NCBI GenBank assembly: GCA_965207065.1
Contig: OZ242260.1
Coordinates: 224,001 to 288,000, forward strand
DNA: 64,000 bases
Source: a bacterium
GTDB taxonomy: Bacteria; UBA8248
Direction: 5' to 3'
The translations under genes and the position numbers were made by a program. The notes under the pieces are model-generated. The model was not told the DNA's origin, did no database searches, and was given only the letters and a program-made list of their open reading frames with translations. Below are positions 46,818-57,300 of this stretch, piece after piece; the stretch's first letter is position 1; every line of letters begins with the position of its first letter.

Positions 46818-48038
46818 CTAGGCGAGGTATTTCTCGGAATTTCCCAGGAACTCGACCACAGCTTGAGCGAAGACGCTCACGCCGACTGGCATCGCGTCCT
46901 CATCCAGGTCGAACAGATCGGAATGGAGCCCGTGCACGAATCCTTTTTCCGGGTTCGATATACCCACGCGGAACATCGCGCCGGGCCGTTTCTCCGCCAT
47001 GTAGGAGAAATCCTCGGCTCCCATCGAAATCGGCATTTCCTCTACGCTCTGAGCGCCGAGAACCTGCCCACCCGCACATTCAACGAGTGCAGTGGCCGCC
47101 TCGTGGTTCACCAGAACAGGATATCCAGGCGTGATTTCCAGGTCGATCTCCACATCGAAGGCTTCCGCCACCCCGCGCGATACCGCCCGCACGCGATCGG
47201 CCACCTTCGCCCTGACCTTCGGATCGTGCGTGCGGATAGTGCCTTTTATCCTCGCATCGCGCGGCACGATGTTGAAAGCAACGCCGGACTCGAACGTCGT
47301 TATGGAGAGAACGGCGGACTCGAGAGGGCCGACGTTTCTGCTCACGATGCTTTGGAGCGCAGTCACCAGATGGCAGGCGGCCAGGAGGGCGTCTTTGGAT
47401 TTATGAGGATACGCCGCGTGCGAACTTTCGCCTCTCACGTAAATCTCGAGTCTGTCCCCCGCCGCCAGCGAAGGCCCCGAACGCGTGCCGATACAACCCG
47501 CCGGCATGTCGGGCCACACGTGCGCGGCGATGAGAAGATCCACACGCGGTTCCTCCAGAACGCCTTCTTCCACCATTCTCTTGCCGCCGGCTTTGCCCTC
47601 CTCCGCCGGCTGAAAGATAAATTTGACGTTCCCACCCAGACCATCGAGCAAGTTTTTATTCTCGGAAAGCAGGCGCGCAGCGCCCAGCAGCATGCTCACA
47701 TGGGCGTCATGACCACAGGCGTGCATCTTCCCCGGCTGGCGGCTCTTGTAGGGCACGTCGTTGGACTCGTCGATGGAGAGCGCGTCCATGTCGGCGCGAA
47801 TACCGATTGTGGGGCCGGGGCGTCCTGTTTCGAGCAGGCCGACCACCCCGGTTTCCGCTATGCCTGCGTGCACGTCGAGTCCGAAACTCTCGAGGTTCTC
47901 CACGATGAGGCGAGAAGTTTCATGCTCCTCGTAACCGAGTTCGGGATTCATATGTATGGTGCGTCTGGTCTCGGAAAGCCATGGCAGCAGGGTCTGAGAG
48001 GCATCTCTTATCGTTTGTGACCTGTCATTAGACTTCAT
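46818..48038 (-). CDS. M20 family amidohydrolase
   Basis: HMNPELGYEE, RADMDAL, MHACGHDAH, FQPAEEG and MGAEDF motifs. Confidence 0.93.
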   Translation of the reverse strand: MKSNDRSQTIRDASQTLLPWLSETRRTIHMNPELGYEEHETSRLIVENLESFGLDVHAGIAETGVVGLLETGRPGPTIGIRADMDALSIDESNDVPYKSRQPGKMHACGHDAHVSMLLGAARLLSENKNLLDGLGGNVKFIFQPAEEGKAGGKRMVEEGVLEEPRVDLLIAAHVWPDMPAGCIGTRSGPSLAAGDRLEIYVRGESSHAAYPHKSKDALLAACHLVTALQSIVSRNVGPLESAVLSITTFESGVAFNIVPRDARIKGTIRTHDPKVRAKVADRVRAVSRGVAEAFDVEIDLEITPGYPVLVNHEAATALVECAGGQVLGAQSVEEMPISMGAEDFSYMAEKRPGAMFRVGISNPEKGFVHGLHSDLFDLDEDAMPVGVSVFAQAVVEFLGNSEKYLA

Positions 48039-48215
48039 GGGCTCTATTCCTCATCTCGCCCAGGCGTCCTGAACGAATCCTTACCAGTAAAGCTCGGGAG
48101 GCATTTGGAAAATGTGTTCAATCAAAGGTAGATATCATAACCAAAGGAGATAAACCATTCAGTCAGCCAGTTCTCGGCTTCTCAATGTATGGATGTGACA
48201 CCTTATTTCCAGTAC

Positions 48216-49892
48216 TCAAAAATCATCCCCCGAGAATTCAGGCCGCTCCCGTAATATCGCCTTGATGTCCTCTCGCTTGTGTTTGCGCGTGGTGGTTCTG
48301 GGCAACTCCTCCTCGGGCCAGAGGAAAAAACCGGCCACTCTCTTGTAATCCGCAAGGTGCGCGCTCAGGCGCTTGAGTTCCGTATCTGCCAGAGTCGTTC
48401 GCTCTTCGTCTTCTTGCGGCAAATCGGTTTCGGGGTCGAGCACCACGACGGCGAACACCTCCTCGCCACCGCGAGGCGTTTTCCTGCCGATGACGCATAC
48501 ATCCTGGAACCATGCACTCTCGAGAAGCTGCTCCTCTACCTCTTCGGGATAAATGTTTTTGCCCGCCTCGGAGACGATGACGTTCTTGGACCGGCCGCAT
48601 ATCGTGAGATAGCCGTCCGAGTCGATACGGCCGATGTCTCCGGTATGAAACCATCCATCCCGCAAGACCTCCGCCGTGAGATCGGGATTCTCGAAATAGC
48701 CCTGCATCACGTTTGGACCCCGTATCAGTATTTCACCCTCTCCCTCGTCCGCACCCTCTACAGGTACGAGCCTCGCTTCCACCCCCGGAATCGGCGGGCC
48801 GACGGTTCCGATTCTATTTTGCGCTCCCGGCGGAGTCGCATGGGCGACGGGAGAGGTTTCCGTCAAGCCATATCCCTGGACCACCTCGATTCCCAGGATG
48901 AGCAAATCTCGAGCGATTTTGGGGTCGAGCGCGGCCCCTCCGCTAGCGAAATAGCGCAGATTCGGACCAAGATTCTTCTTCACCTGGGAAAACAGCAGAT
49001 GACCGACGCGAATACCCATCGACAGGCATATCCTGGAAATCCCGAAAAGAGTCTTGAAGACGAGTTTTTTCGCTCCGCTCAGTGATTCCACGTTCGACAT
49101 GATCCGCTTGTGGATGAGCCGCGCAAGCGCTGGCACCATCAGGCAGATGGTAATGCCCTCGTTTTGCATGGCCTCGACGAGGAGCCGCGGGTTCAGGGAA
49201 GAAAGGTAATGCACGCGGGCGCCCGCCCCCAGCGGTATCAGGAAACCGCCCGTACTCTCGAACATGTGGTGAAGCGGCAGAACCGAGAGAAAAACGTCAC
49301 CCTCCCTGGCGAGGAATGTCTGGAGAACTGCGCGCACATTGGAAGTGATGTTCCCATGAGAGAGCATCACGCCCTTGGGTGTACCCGTCGTCCCCGATGA
49401 AAACGACACCAGCGCTAGATCGTCCAGACCGCGCTCCGCACCCGGCAGTGCATCCAGCGATACAGCGGAGTCAGGCTCTCTCTCCTCATCGATGCGCAAT
49501 ACTGCGCAGGTCGATTCGAGACCGACCGCAAGCGCTTCGGCACGTTCCTCTTCACGGGAATCCGTCACAAGGCAAACGGGCTTGGCTTTTTCCATAATGT
49601 TCGCGAGTTCACCCTCTTTCAAATTCACGTCCAGAGGCACGAGAACGCCGCCGGCGAGCAGCGCCCCGAAATATCCCACCCCCCATTCGGGTTGATTCGG
49701 CGCCAGCTGTGCGACAAAATCTCCCGGCTTCACGCCCGCATCTATCAACTCGCTCGCCAGGGCGGCTGCTTTTCCGCACAACTCCTTTCTGGTGAGCGTC
49801 ACTCGGCCGCGTCCTTCTACGTCTCCTTCCAAGGCGATCGAATCGGGAAATTTCGCAGTTGTCTCTTTCAGGAGATCGATCAAGGTATCCAT
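48216..49892 (-). CDS. Long-chain acyl-CoA synthetase / AMP-binding protein
   Basis: FSSGTTGTPKG, QGYGLTET, FHTGD and GR.KN.I motifs. Confidence 0.9.
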   Translation of the reverse strand: MDTLIDLLKETTAKFPDSIALEGDVEGRGRVTLTRKELCGKAAALASELIDAGVKPGDFVAQLAPNQPEWGVGYFGALLAGGVLVPLDVNLKEGELANIMEKAKPVCLVTDSREEERAEALAVGLESTCAVLRIDEEREPDSAVSLDALPGAERGLDDLALVSFSSGTTGTPKGVMLSHGNITSNVRAVLQTFLAREGDVFLSVLPLHHMFESTGGFLIPLGAGARVHYLSSLNPRLLVEAMQNEGITICLMVPALARLIHKRIMSNVESLSGAKKLVFKTLFGISRICLSMGIRVGHLLFSQVKKNLGPNLRYFASGGAALDPKIARDLLILGIEVVQGYGLTETSPVAHATPPGAQNRIGTVGPPIPGVEARLVPVEGADEGEGEILIRGPNVMQGYFENPDLTAEVLRDGWFHTGDIGRIDSDGYLTICGRSKNVIVSEAGKNIYPEEVEEQLLESAWFQDVCVIGRKTPRGGEEVFAVVVLDPETDLPQEDEERTTLADTELKRLSAHLADYKRVAGFFLWPEEELPRTTTRKHKREDIKAILRERPEFSGDDF

Positions 49893-49978
49893 ATCAGTTC
49901 CTCCTGCTTCTGCCTGATCGAAAACATCCGGCAGGCAGACCGAGGGTTATCTCCACTCGACTCTATCGAGCGTTCCAG

Positions 49979-50770
49979 CTAGATCAGCCGCTTTCTGACC
50001 TGCCATGCAGCGAATTCACCCGCGAAAACCAGGGCGATGATCGCCAGCACCAGCACGCCTGATTTTTGCCACTGAAACTGCTTCACGTACAAGAACACGT
50101 AAAACCCCAAGCCCCCCGCCCCGACAAGACCCAGAATCGTGGAATCGCGCAGATTCATCTCGAAACGTATGGCCAGATGTGCAACCATCTGCGGCAATAC
50201 CTGGGGAATGAGGCCGTGTTGAATGATCTGGAGAGAAGATGCGCCCGTGCCCTGCAATGCGAGTAAGGGTTTCGGGTCGGTCGCCTCGATTTCCTCCGCC
50301 ACGAACCGCCCGAGCACGCCGACGGAGTGCACCGCCAGCGCCAATACCCCCGGAAATGGGCCGAGCCCCACGGCGGAGACGAACAACAATGCGAGCAACA
50401 GTAAGGGGATGGAACGGACGAACGCCATGAACGCCTTGATGGGCAGATGCACCCAGACCGGCGTCCAGTTCGACGCCGCGAGCACGCCCAGCGGATAGGC
50501 GAACAAAGCACCCAGAAAAGTACCCGCAATGGTGGTTTGCAGCGTTTCGACAGCCGAGGTCAGTAAAACATCCCAGACCGACCAATCCGGCGGCGTCATC
50601 CGGCCAAAGAAGTGAAACAGTTGTGGAATCCCGCGCCAGAATTGCCCGGGTGAAAACTCAGAACCCTGAAAAGACCAGAATAAGAGTGCGCTAACTGCCA
50701 GGAAGAGGCTGACCTTGCCAGCCATACGGCCAGGTAAAAGCGCTTCTGCTTGCTCTCGTTCCGTTCCCAT
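49979..50770 (-). CDS. phnE: Phosphonate-type ABC transporter permease
   Basis: RSIP, VGLGPFPG, AEEIE, RFEMNLRDSTILGLVGAGGLG motifs. Confidence 0.9.
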   Translation of the reverse strand: MGTEREQAEALLPGRMAGKVSLFLAVSALLFWSFQGSEFSPGQFWRGIPQLFHFFGRMTPPDWSVWDVLLTSAVETLQTTIAGTFLGALFAYPLGVLAASNWTPVWVHLPIKAFMAFVRSIPLLLLALLFVSAVGLGPFPGVLALAVHSVGVLGRFVAEEIEATDPKPLLALQGTGASSLQIIQHGLIPQVLPQMVAHLAIRFEMNLRDSTILGLVGAGGLGFYVFLYVKQFQWQKSGVLVLAIIALVFAGEFAAWQVRKRLI

Positions 50771-51536
50771 TCACGACTCCGTTTGTTCCCATGAACTCGT
50801 AGATTTCACATATCCTATCATTCGAGAGTGAATCCGAAGAACCATCCCACATGATTTTTCCGTTTTTCATCGCCAGGATTCTATCTGCATACTTTCGCGC
50901 AATTTCGGGGAGGTGGAGACTCATCATGAGCGTGAGTTCGTAGGCGTCGCAAACCGACACGAGGAGATCCATGATGTCCTCGGACAATGCGGGGTCCAGG
51001 CTCGATACAGGTTCATCAGCGAGCAGAATTGTCGGCTCCTGCGCCAATGCCCGGGCGATGGCGACGCGCTGCTGTTCCCCGCCGGAGAGCGTGCGGGCGA
51101 AGCGGCGTTGCTTGTCATCGAGATGCACCTCCTGAATTGCCTGTGCGCAGATTTGCAAATCGCGCTGCGAGCAGATTCCCAACATGCTTTTCACTAACGA
51201 CACATAACCGAGCCTTCCGTGGTAGACGTTTTGCCAGACGGTTTCCCGGCCTATCAGGTCGAAATGCTGATGAATCATACCGATATGGCGATGATGGGTT
51301 TTCATCTTTTTGGGATCCTTGATCGGGAAAACATCCCCCATCACGACCACCTTCCCCTTCTGGCAAGGCACATAGCCCTTCAGCATCCGCATGAGGGTCG
51401 TCTTGCCGGAACCACTGTTGCCGACAATAGCCACTCTCTCCCCACGAGAGACCTCGAGTTGATCGACGGAAAGAATCGTCCGCCCCTCCATCTCCACACG
51501 CGCATTTTCGATTTGGATGACCATTTCTTTCGACAT
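50691..51536 (-). CDS. phnC: Phosphonate-type ABC transporter ATPase
   Basis: [41 protein letters not shown] and SLH motifs. Confidence 0.9.
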   Translation of the reverse strand: MSKEMVIQIENARVEMEGRTILSVDQLEVSRGERVAIVGNSGSGKTTLMRMLKGYVPCQKGKVVVMGDVFPIKDPKKMKTHHRHIGMIHQHFDLIGRETVWQNVYHGRLGYVSLVKSMLGICSQRDLQICAQAIQEVHLDDKQRRFARTLSGGEQQRVAIARALAQEPTILLADEPVSSLDPALSEDIMDLLVSVCDAYELTLMMSLHLPEIARKYADRILAMKNGKIMWDGSSDSLSNDRICEIYEFMGTNGVVNGNGTRASRSAFTWPYGWQGQPLPGS

Positions 51537-51540
51537 TTTC

Positions 51541-52464
51541 CTATTCCTTCAAAAAACCATACTTTCGGGCCATATCGGCCACCGGCTTATATCGGTTGTG
51601 GTTGACCCTCACGTAACCATCCGTTCCGTAAAGAGCCCGTATCAAGCTACGATTCGCAGGCCGGTTCATCTTCATCATCGCCGCGATGAATTTTCGCCTG
51701 ATTTCAGGCTCCAACCCTTTGCGCACCACTACGTTGTGGCTGGGAATTCTGGCCGATTGCGCGATGGCGACAACTTGATCGCGCTGATCGGGACGAAGGA
51801 GATTGAGCGCATATTGGCTTACTCCGGCGGCGTTGACGAAACCACCAACCACTGAGTTGACCGCCTGCTGATCCCCGCCTGCGAAATAAACTCTTCGGAA
51901 AAACTTGCCCTCAGGCTTTTCCACTCCCCCGTTTACAAGACCGGCACGAACAAAAATGTCTTGAGGGTACATAAAACCCGAACTCGAAATGGGGTCGACA
52001 TAGGCGATAGTCCTACCCTTCAGATCGGAGATCTTCTTGATGCCGCTGTCCTTGCGAACGAAAATCCTCGAATAGTAGTAAGGTTTTCCGTCGTATATCT
52101 CCCCAAGAACCGCCTCGACTCCCGAATACTTGTTCGCCAGGACATAAGGTAGCGGAGACATAAAGCTCACATCGGCATTTTTCGAAATCATGGCCTCTAC
52201 GGCGGCCGAGTAATTCAAGGTGATGAAATAGCGGACCTTGCGCCCCATCTCTTTTTCCAGAAAATTCATCGCCGGTTTCACGTTGTTGATGAGTTTCTCG
52301 GGATTCTCGAGCGGAATGAACGCAACCCGAAGCTCCCTTTCGGCCGCGCGAACGGGAACCGGAGCGAACAAGAACGTGGAGAAAACGAGGAGAATCGCCA
52401 CTGGCAGAAACAACCCCGGCGCTTTTGTCGATAATACTCGGATGAAACGCATGACTCTGCTCAT
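51541..52464 (-). CDS. phnD: PhnD / PtxB-like substrate-binding protein
   Basis: Signal peptide; YSAAVEAM, DLKGRTIAYVDPISSSGFMYP and FAGGD motifs. Confidence 0.85.
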   Translation of the reverse strand: MSRVMRFIRVLSTKAPGLFLPVAILLVFSTFLFAPVPVRAAERELRVAFIPLENPEKLINNVKPAMNFLEKEMGRKVRYFITLNYSAAVEAMISKNADVSFMSPLPYVLANKYSGVEAVLGEIYDGKPYYYSRIFVRKDSGIKKISDLKGRTIAYVDPISSSGFMYPQDIFVRAGLVNGGVEKPEGKFFRRVYFAGGDQQAVNSVVGGFVNAAGVSQYALNLLRPDQRDQVVAIAQSARIPSHNVVVRKGLEPEIRRKFIAAMMKMNRPANRSLIRALYGTDGYVRVNHNRYKPVADMARKYGFLKE

Positions 52465-54419
52465 TTTAGTTTGTCCTGGTTTTTCTGATATAGCGCGTGA
52501 TATGCCGCGATTTTGTCCTCGGTCATCTTTGGGTCACCCGCGAGATGCGCCCTCAAGGCCTCATTCAGTTTCTCTTCCATCTTATTGAGAACCGGCATAT
52601 TTTCCTTGTCCTGAACATCCCATTTGTGGGCCTGCACTTCACGAATCACCGTTTTCAACAAGACGGTGATCAACTCTTTTTTCTTTCTCTGCTTCAATCG
52701 CTCATAGGTGGAGAGGAAAAATTTGAACTCCTCCAACTCCGACTCCAGCGTGTAAACTGTATTTTCAATCCCCTGGACGCCATCACCAACGGCTTCGAGG
52801 TAGGCGGTGAGGTCGTCGATGTCCTTTCGTTCCAATCCCAGTTTGAATTGCCTGTTGAACCATTCGTTCACGGCCCGCAGTGTAGGCAGGCTGCCGTCGT
52901 GGAAATACGGGGGCGTGAATTTCGATGAGAGCAGGGTGGGCGTATCCATACCGCCTACGTGAAACAGCCGGCTCGCGCCCGTGGAACCGATGTCATGCCG
53001 CTTGTGGTCCACGAAGTTCGCATTTGGAATGTGACAACTCGCGCAACTCATGCCGCCCATCATCTGGGGGAATTTCCGGTGAAAAATTTTCTCGCCACGC
53101 AACGCCGCCCGGGAAACTTTCTCGAGGTTGAGTCTCCCGCTCTTTTTGAGTTTCGGGTTCGGCAAGAACTCGAACTCGTTCATGTAGGCGATCATGCCGT
53201 CCAAGATCATCGGGTCGGGTTCAGGCCCGTTGAACTCGTTCACGATGACGTTGCGCACGAATTCCCTGAGTGAGGCGAAACGGCCGTTTCTACCGTATGG
53301 GGCAGTGAAGCGAATGCCCCGCAAGTCGGGCGTGTCCAGCGGATCATGAAGACCGTTGTTGGCGTGGCCTGCGAAGAAACTGTTCGACACGTCCATGCCG
53401 CCTTTTTCCCGGGAAAGACCGGGGATGAAAAGTTCGGGATTCGTCACGCCCTTGTTGTGGCAAGTGTTGCAACTCATCCCCAAGGTGCGCGCGGGTTCGC
53501 CGAAAATCTCTGCGCTGTCGAAAGCCATATCCCCAAAAGCGATGAGAAAGGTTTCCGCCTCGTTGACACCGCGCTCCGCCATTCCGAGAATCTGTCTCGG
53601 ACGCGGGAGTTGTTTGTTGATGTTGGAACCCGGCGGCAGGCGCCAAGGTACGTGCGCGGTTTCGGTATATGTTTCGCTCCCCTTGGGTCGGGGCAGGAGC
53701 CTGTGTTCTATTCCGGCCTGAAACTCGGAGAAATTCACATGTATATACCCGCGGATGAATGAGATGCTCTCGCGGATTTTTTCGATATTCATCGGCTTTG
53801 CGCCGATTCCCATCACTCCGGCGGCTCCCATATGGGAACTCGCTTCGAGCCAATGGATTTGCATCTTTTTCCAAGCCTTGGGATCCAGATACGGCAAAGT
53901 CCCGGCGAAAGCCTGGGAGATTCTTCGCGCTTGGCTCAGACGCTTTTTGACCTCGGCTCTGTCCGAGTCCGCCTTGATCGCGTCCAGATGCGAGATTATG
54001 AGCGAGGCGACTCCCCGCGTGGCCAGGGAAAATACCAACCGGCTCCCATTTTTTCGCGCAGCGACCAAATCCGGTTCTTTATCGCCACTCGCCACGGGCT
54101 GAGCAACGCGCTTGGCAATGGCCAACTCTTCCGGGAACTTCTTGGAGCCAGGAGAATTAACTCCATACAGCGCTTCTTCGATATGTTTCAAATCTGACCA
54201 TACCTGTGGCCAGAGCACAGGATTCAGATTCAAGATGAAACTGGCGCGACGATAGCTTTCGGCAACGGGGTGTAATTCCTCAGGAGGGACGATGTGTGCC
54301 GAAGCGGGGTAGGAACTCATCAAGAACAACCCGGTAGCCAGAAGCCACGCCGGTTTCGTCAAAAAGTTTCTCACACGCAGAGCAAGTCTCGCCCCGGGCG
54401 CTTTGATGCTGCATATCAT
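52461..54419 (-). CDS. Exported di-heme cytochrome c peroxidase / MauG-like protein with large uncharacterised N- and C-terminal helical extensions
   Basis: Signal peptide ending ASA|HIVPP; two CxxCH motifs (CNTCH, CASCH); TPDLRG..TAPY and TPTLL..TPPYFHDGS. Confidence 0.8.
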   Translation of the reverse strand: MICSIKAPGARLALRVRNFLTKPAWLLATGLFLMSSYPASAHIVPPEELHPVAESYRRASFILNLNPVLWPQVWSDLKHIEEALYGVNSPGSKKFPEELAIAKRVAQPVASGDKEPDLVAARKNGSRLVFSLATRGVASLIISHLDAIKADSDRAEVKKRLSQARRISQAFAGTLPYLDPKAWKKMQIHWLEASSHMGAAGVMGIGAKPMNIEKIRESISFIRGYIHVNFSEFQAGIEHRLLPRPKGSETYTETAHVPWRLPPGSNINKQLPRPRQILGMAERGVNEAETFLIAFGDMAFDSAEIFGEPARTLGMSCNTCHNKGVTNPELFIPGLSREKGGMDVSNSFFAGHANNGLHDPLDTPDLRGIRFTAPYGRNGRFASLREFVRNVIVNEFNGPEPDPMILDGMIAYMNEFEFLPNPKLKKSGRLNLEKVSRAALRGEKIFHRKFPQMMGGMSCASCHIPNANFVDHKRHDIGSTGASRLFHVGGMDTPTLLSSKFTPPYFHDGSLPTLRAVNEWFNRQFKLGLERKDIDDLTAYLEAVGDGVQGIENTVYTLESELEEFKFFLSTYERLKQRKKKELITVLLKTVIREVQAHKWDVQDKENMPVLNKMEEKLNEALRAHLAGDPKMTEDKIAAYHALYQKNQDKLK

Positions 54420-54454
54420 GATTTCGGTTCCCTATAAAAACCACCAACAAAGCA

Positions 54455-54484
54455 ATTTTATTCGGAAGACAAAAATAAAGTCAA
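54455..54484 (-). promoter_or_regulatory. Putative sigma70 promoter of the di-heme/phnDCE operon
   Basis: Minus strand TTGACT-N18-TAAAAT in an AT-rich stretch. Confidence 0.6.
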
Positions 54485-54501
54485 GTTATACTGAATATAT
54501 T

Positions 54502-54517
54502 TTTAGACTTGCCTAAA
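54502..54517. promoter_or_regulatory. Putative DtxR/MntR/SirR-type metal-regulator box
   Basis: Palindrome TTTAG-ACTTGC-CTAAA. Confidence 0.5.
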
Positions 54518-54615
54518 TTTTAAATTATCTACCAAAATCAGCATTAACAGGCACTTCGAGGATATTTTTGAAAATAGCGCATTAAAAAATGCGCTGTCCC
54601 AGAGATTCAAACGCA

Positions 54616-54646
54616 GAAAACCGGCCCAGATTCAGGGCCGGTTTTC
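54616..54646 (-). terminator. Rho-independent terminator downstream of amtB-glnK
   Basis: 12-bp perfect stem GAAAACCGGCCC / GGGCCGGTTTTC. Confidence 0.7.
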
Positions 54647-54758
54647 CGAAAGTCGAACGTTCGTGCCTTAGAAATCGATTTAGAGGCAAATTAAGAAGGC
54701 TATGAATCGCCCACGCCATCGCCTCGTTCAGGAAACGACTCCCTTGCGAAGCGGATTC

Positions 54759-55100
<342 letters not shown>

Positions 55101-55156
55101 TCATTCCTCTCAAGATGACAGATGGACTCATCCGGTAATGTATCCCCTCGCCTGAA

Positions 55157-56548
55157 TCAACCCAATCTCTCGCCTGCATAGGCCTCCATGCCATGCTCCG
55201 AGAGGTCGAGACCTGCCAATTCATCCTCTGCGGAAACGCGCACGCCCATCAGACCTTTCACCACATGCCAAAGGATGAAGGACAAAACGAAGGTAAAGAC
55301 ACCGACCGCGACAACTCCCACTAGTTGTTTGATGAAGAGTCCTGCGCCGCCACCGTAGAACAATCCTACAACGCCGTCGTCTATGGAAGGCGCGGCGAAC
55401 AAACCCAGCGCAAGCGTGCCGAATATCCCGCATACCAAGTGCACAGAAACAGCGCCGACCGGATCGTCAATCTTGATTTTATCGAGAAACGGAATCGCAA
55501 CACAGACGATGAAGCCAGCGATCAGACCGATAATTACTGCCCCCAGTGGAGTAACGTTAGCGCATGGCGCCGTAATGGCGACCAACCCTGCAAGCGCGCC
55601 GTTCACGCTCATGGAAAGATCGGCTTTGCCGAACATGGTGCGCGACGTGATGCTGGAAGCAACTACACCTGCGGCGGCGGCGAGGTTTGTCGTCACGGCG
55701 ATCCGCGCGATAGAGCCCGCATCGGCGGCCATGGTGCTGCCTGGGTTAAAACCGAACCATCCGAGCCACAAGATAAACCCACCCAACGTGACAAGCGGCA
55801 TGTTGTGGCCGGGCATCGCCTGCATTCGGCCGTCGGAGGTGTACTTGCCGAGCCGAGGACCCAGAACGATGATTCCGGCGAGTCCCGCCCAGCCGCCTAC
55901 GGAGTGAACCACTGTGGAACCGGCGAAATCGAGAAAACCCATACCGCCCAACCAGCCGCCACCCCAGATCCAATGGCCCTGGATAGGATAGATAATGGCT
56001 ACAAGCAAGAAGCTGAAGATCATGAACGAGGAAAACTTGATTCGCTCGGCCACACAGCCCGATACGATGGTCGCCGCCGTCGCAGCGAAAACAAGCTGGA
56101 AGAAAAACTTTGCGTATAGCGGTATTCCCGTCCAATTCAGGGATGAGAATACACCTTTGTACGCGTCACCCGTGGCCGGGCTGTTGTCAGCCCCCGAGAT
56201 GAAAAACCCGTTCGTTCCCGATATAGAGCTGCCATCTCCAAACATGAGGGCGAAACCCAATATCCAGAATGCCAGGGACGAGACGGCGACGACGCCGAAA
56301 TTCTTATAGAGAATGGCGACGGTGTTCTTGGCCCGGCAAAGCCCCGATTCGAGCATCGCAAAGCCTGCGTGCATGAAAAACACCAGAAACCCGGCCACCA
56401 TCACCCAAACAGTATCCGCCGCGACTCGTAAATCCGCCAGGCTCTTCGCCATGGCCTTGACATCCTGTGCCCAACCGCTGCCGGTAAAGGATAAAACCCC
56501 CACGGCGAAGACCAACACCGCCGCAATGTAGAGTCCCCTTCTTCTCAT
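55157..56548 (-). CDS. amtB: Ammonium transporter
   Basis: FFQLVFA, DFAGSTVVH, WFGFNPGS and DDPVGAVSVH motifs; start at ATG 56548 (GGAGG RBS). Confidence 0.95.
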   Translation of the reverse strand: MRRRGLYIAAVLVFAVGVLSFTGSGWAQDVKAMAKSLADLRVAADTVWVMVAGFLVFFMHAGFAMLESGLCRAKNTVAILYKNFGVVAVSSLAFWILGFALMFGDGSSISGTNGFFISGADNSPATGDAYKGVFSSLNWTGIPLYAKFFFQLVFAATAATIVSGCVAERIKFSSFMIFSFLLVAIIYPIQGHWIWGGGWLGGMGFLDFAGSTVVHSVGGWAGLAGIIVLGPRLGKYTSDGRMQAMPGHNMPLVTLGGFILWLGWFGFNPGSTMAADAGSIARIAVTTNLAAAAGVVASSITSRTMFGKADLSMSVNGALAGLVAITAPCANVTPLGAVIIGLIAGFIVCVAIPFLDKIKIDDPVGAVSVHLVCGIFGTLALGLFAAPSIDDGVVGLFYGGGAGLFIKQLVGVVAVGVFTFVLSFILWHVVKGLMGVRVSAEDELAGLDLSEHGMEAYAGERLG

Positions 56549-56793
56549 GCCCCTTCCTCCGATACGTTTTAGATATTCCGAGAGTTTAGGTATACGAAGC
56601 ATCATTTACATCTTTTAGGTGAGAAGTATTTCAAAATCGTTTCGACCGTATTACCCGAACGTTAATTGCACCTTCCCGGCAACTATCCGCTTCAGTTTGA
56701 CAGGCGATATCGAGCGTGTTAGCAATTCCGCCAATTCGATTAAAAACTTCTGAACAAGCCATTTTCCGGGATCAATCCACTAAAGGAGAAACA

Positions 56794-57237
56794 ATGCCTC
56801 CGAAACGAAAACCCAAAATTCCCGCGAGCGCCCTCAAACGCGGCACGCACCTGTGGACCAAGGAATTCACCGAGCGCATCGGTCATGACATGGCTGAATG
56901 GGCGGATGAGGAATTCATGGAACTTTTCATGAACTTCTGCTACGGAGGGCTTTATGACCGTAACGTCCTGTCCCATAAAACCAGGGAGCTTTGCGCCGTG
57001 GCCGCATGTGTGATGGCCAACGCGCATCCGCAACTGCGCACCCACATTCAGGCTTCGTGGAACTGCGGAGCGACGAAACGCGAGATCATGGAGGTTATCA
57101 TTCAGATGGCCACTTACTGCGGCATGCCCTATATGCTTCAGGCGGCTCGAATTGCCGCGAATGAGGTCTTTCCCTTGCTCAAGCGCGGCGAAAAGGCCGC
57201 CGCTCCGCCGCCAGGCCTCAAGTTGGATAAAAAATAA
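56794..57237 (+). CDS. Carboxymuconolactone decarboxylase family protein
   Basis: YGGLYDR..L..KTREL, QLRTH, GAT..EI.EVIIQ..YCGMP motifs. Confidence 0.85.
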   Translation: MPPKRKPKIPASALKRGTHLWTKEFTERIGHDMAEWADEEFMELFMNFCYGGLYDRNVLSHKTRELCAVAACVMANAHPQLRTHIQASWNCGATKREIMEVIIQMATYCGMPYMLQAARIAANEVFPLLKRGEKAAAPPPGLKLDKK

Positions 57238-57300
57238 TCCGAACCCTGCAGGCCCCGGGCGGCCAACACCCAAAACCAAATATGTGAGGAGTCTCTAATA

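Noticed and set aside
46119-48020. 633-aa plus-strand ORF and similar long ORFs (753-1742, 9331-10665, 23413-24909, 37419-38594, 4155-5720)
   Set aside because: These are antisense or alternate-frame shadows of well-supported genes in GC-rich DNA and carry no recognisable motifs.
49979-52464. Phosphonate degradation (C-P lyase) locus
   Set aside because: Only transporter genes are present. No phnG-M, phnX, phnW or ptxD occurs in the window, so the substrate is unproven.
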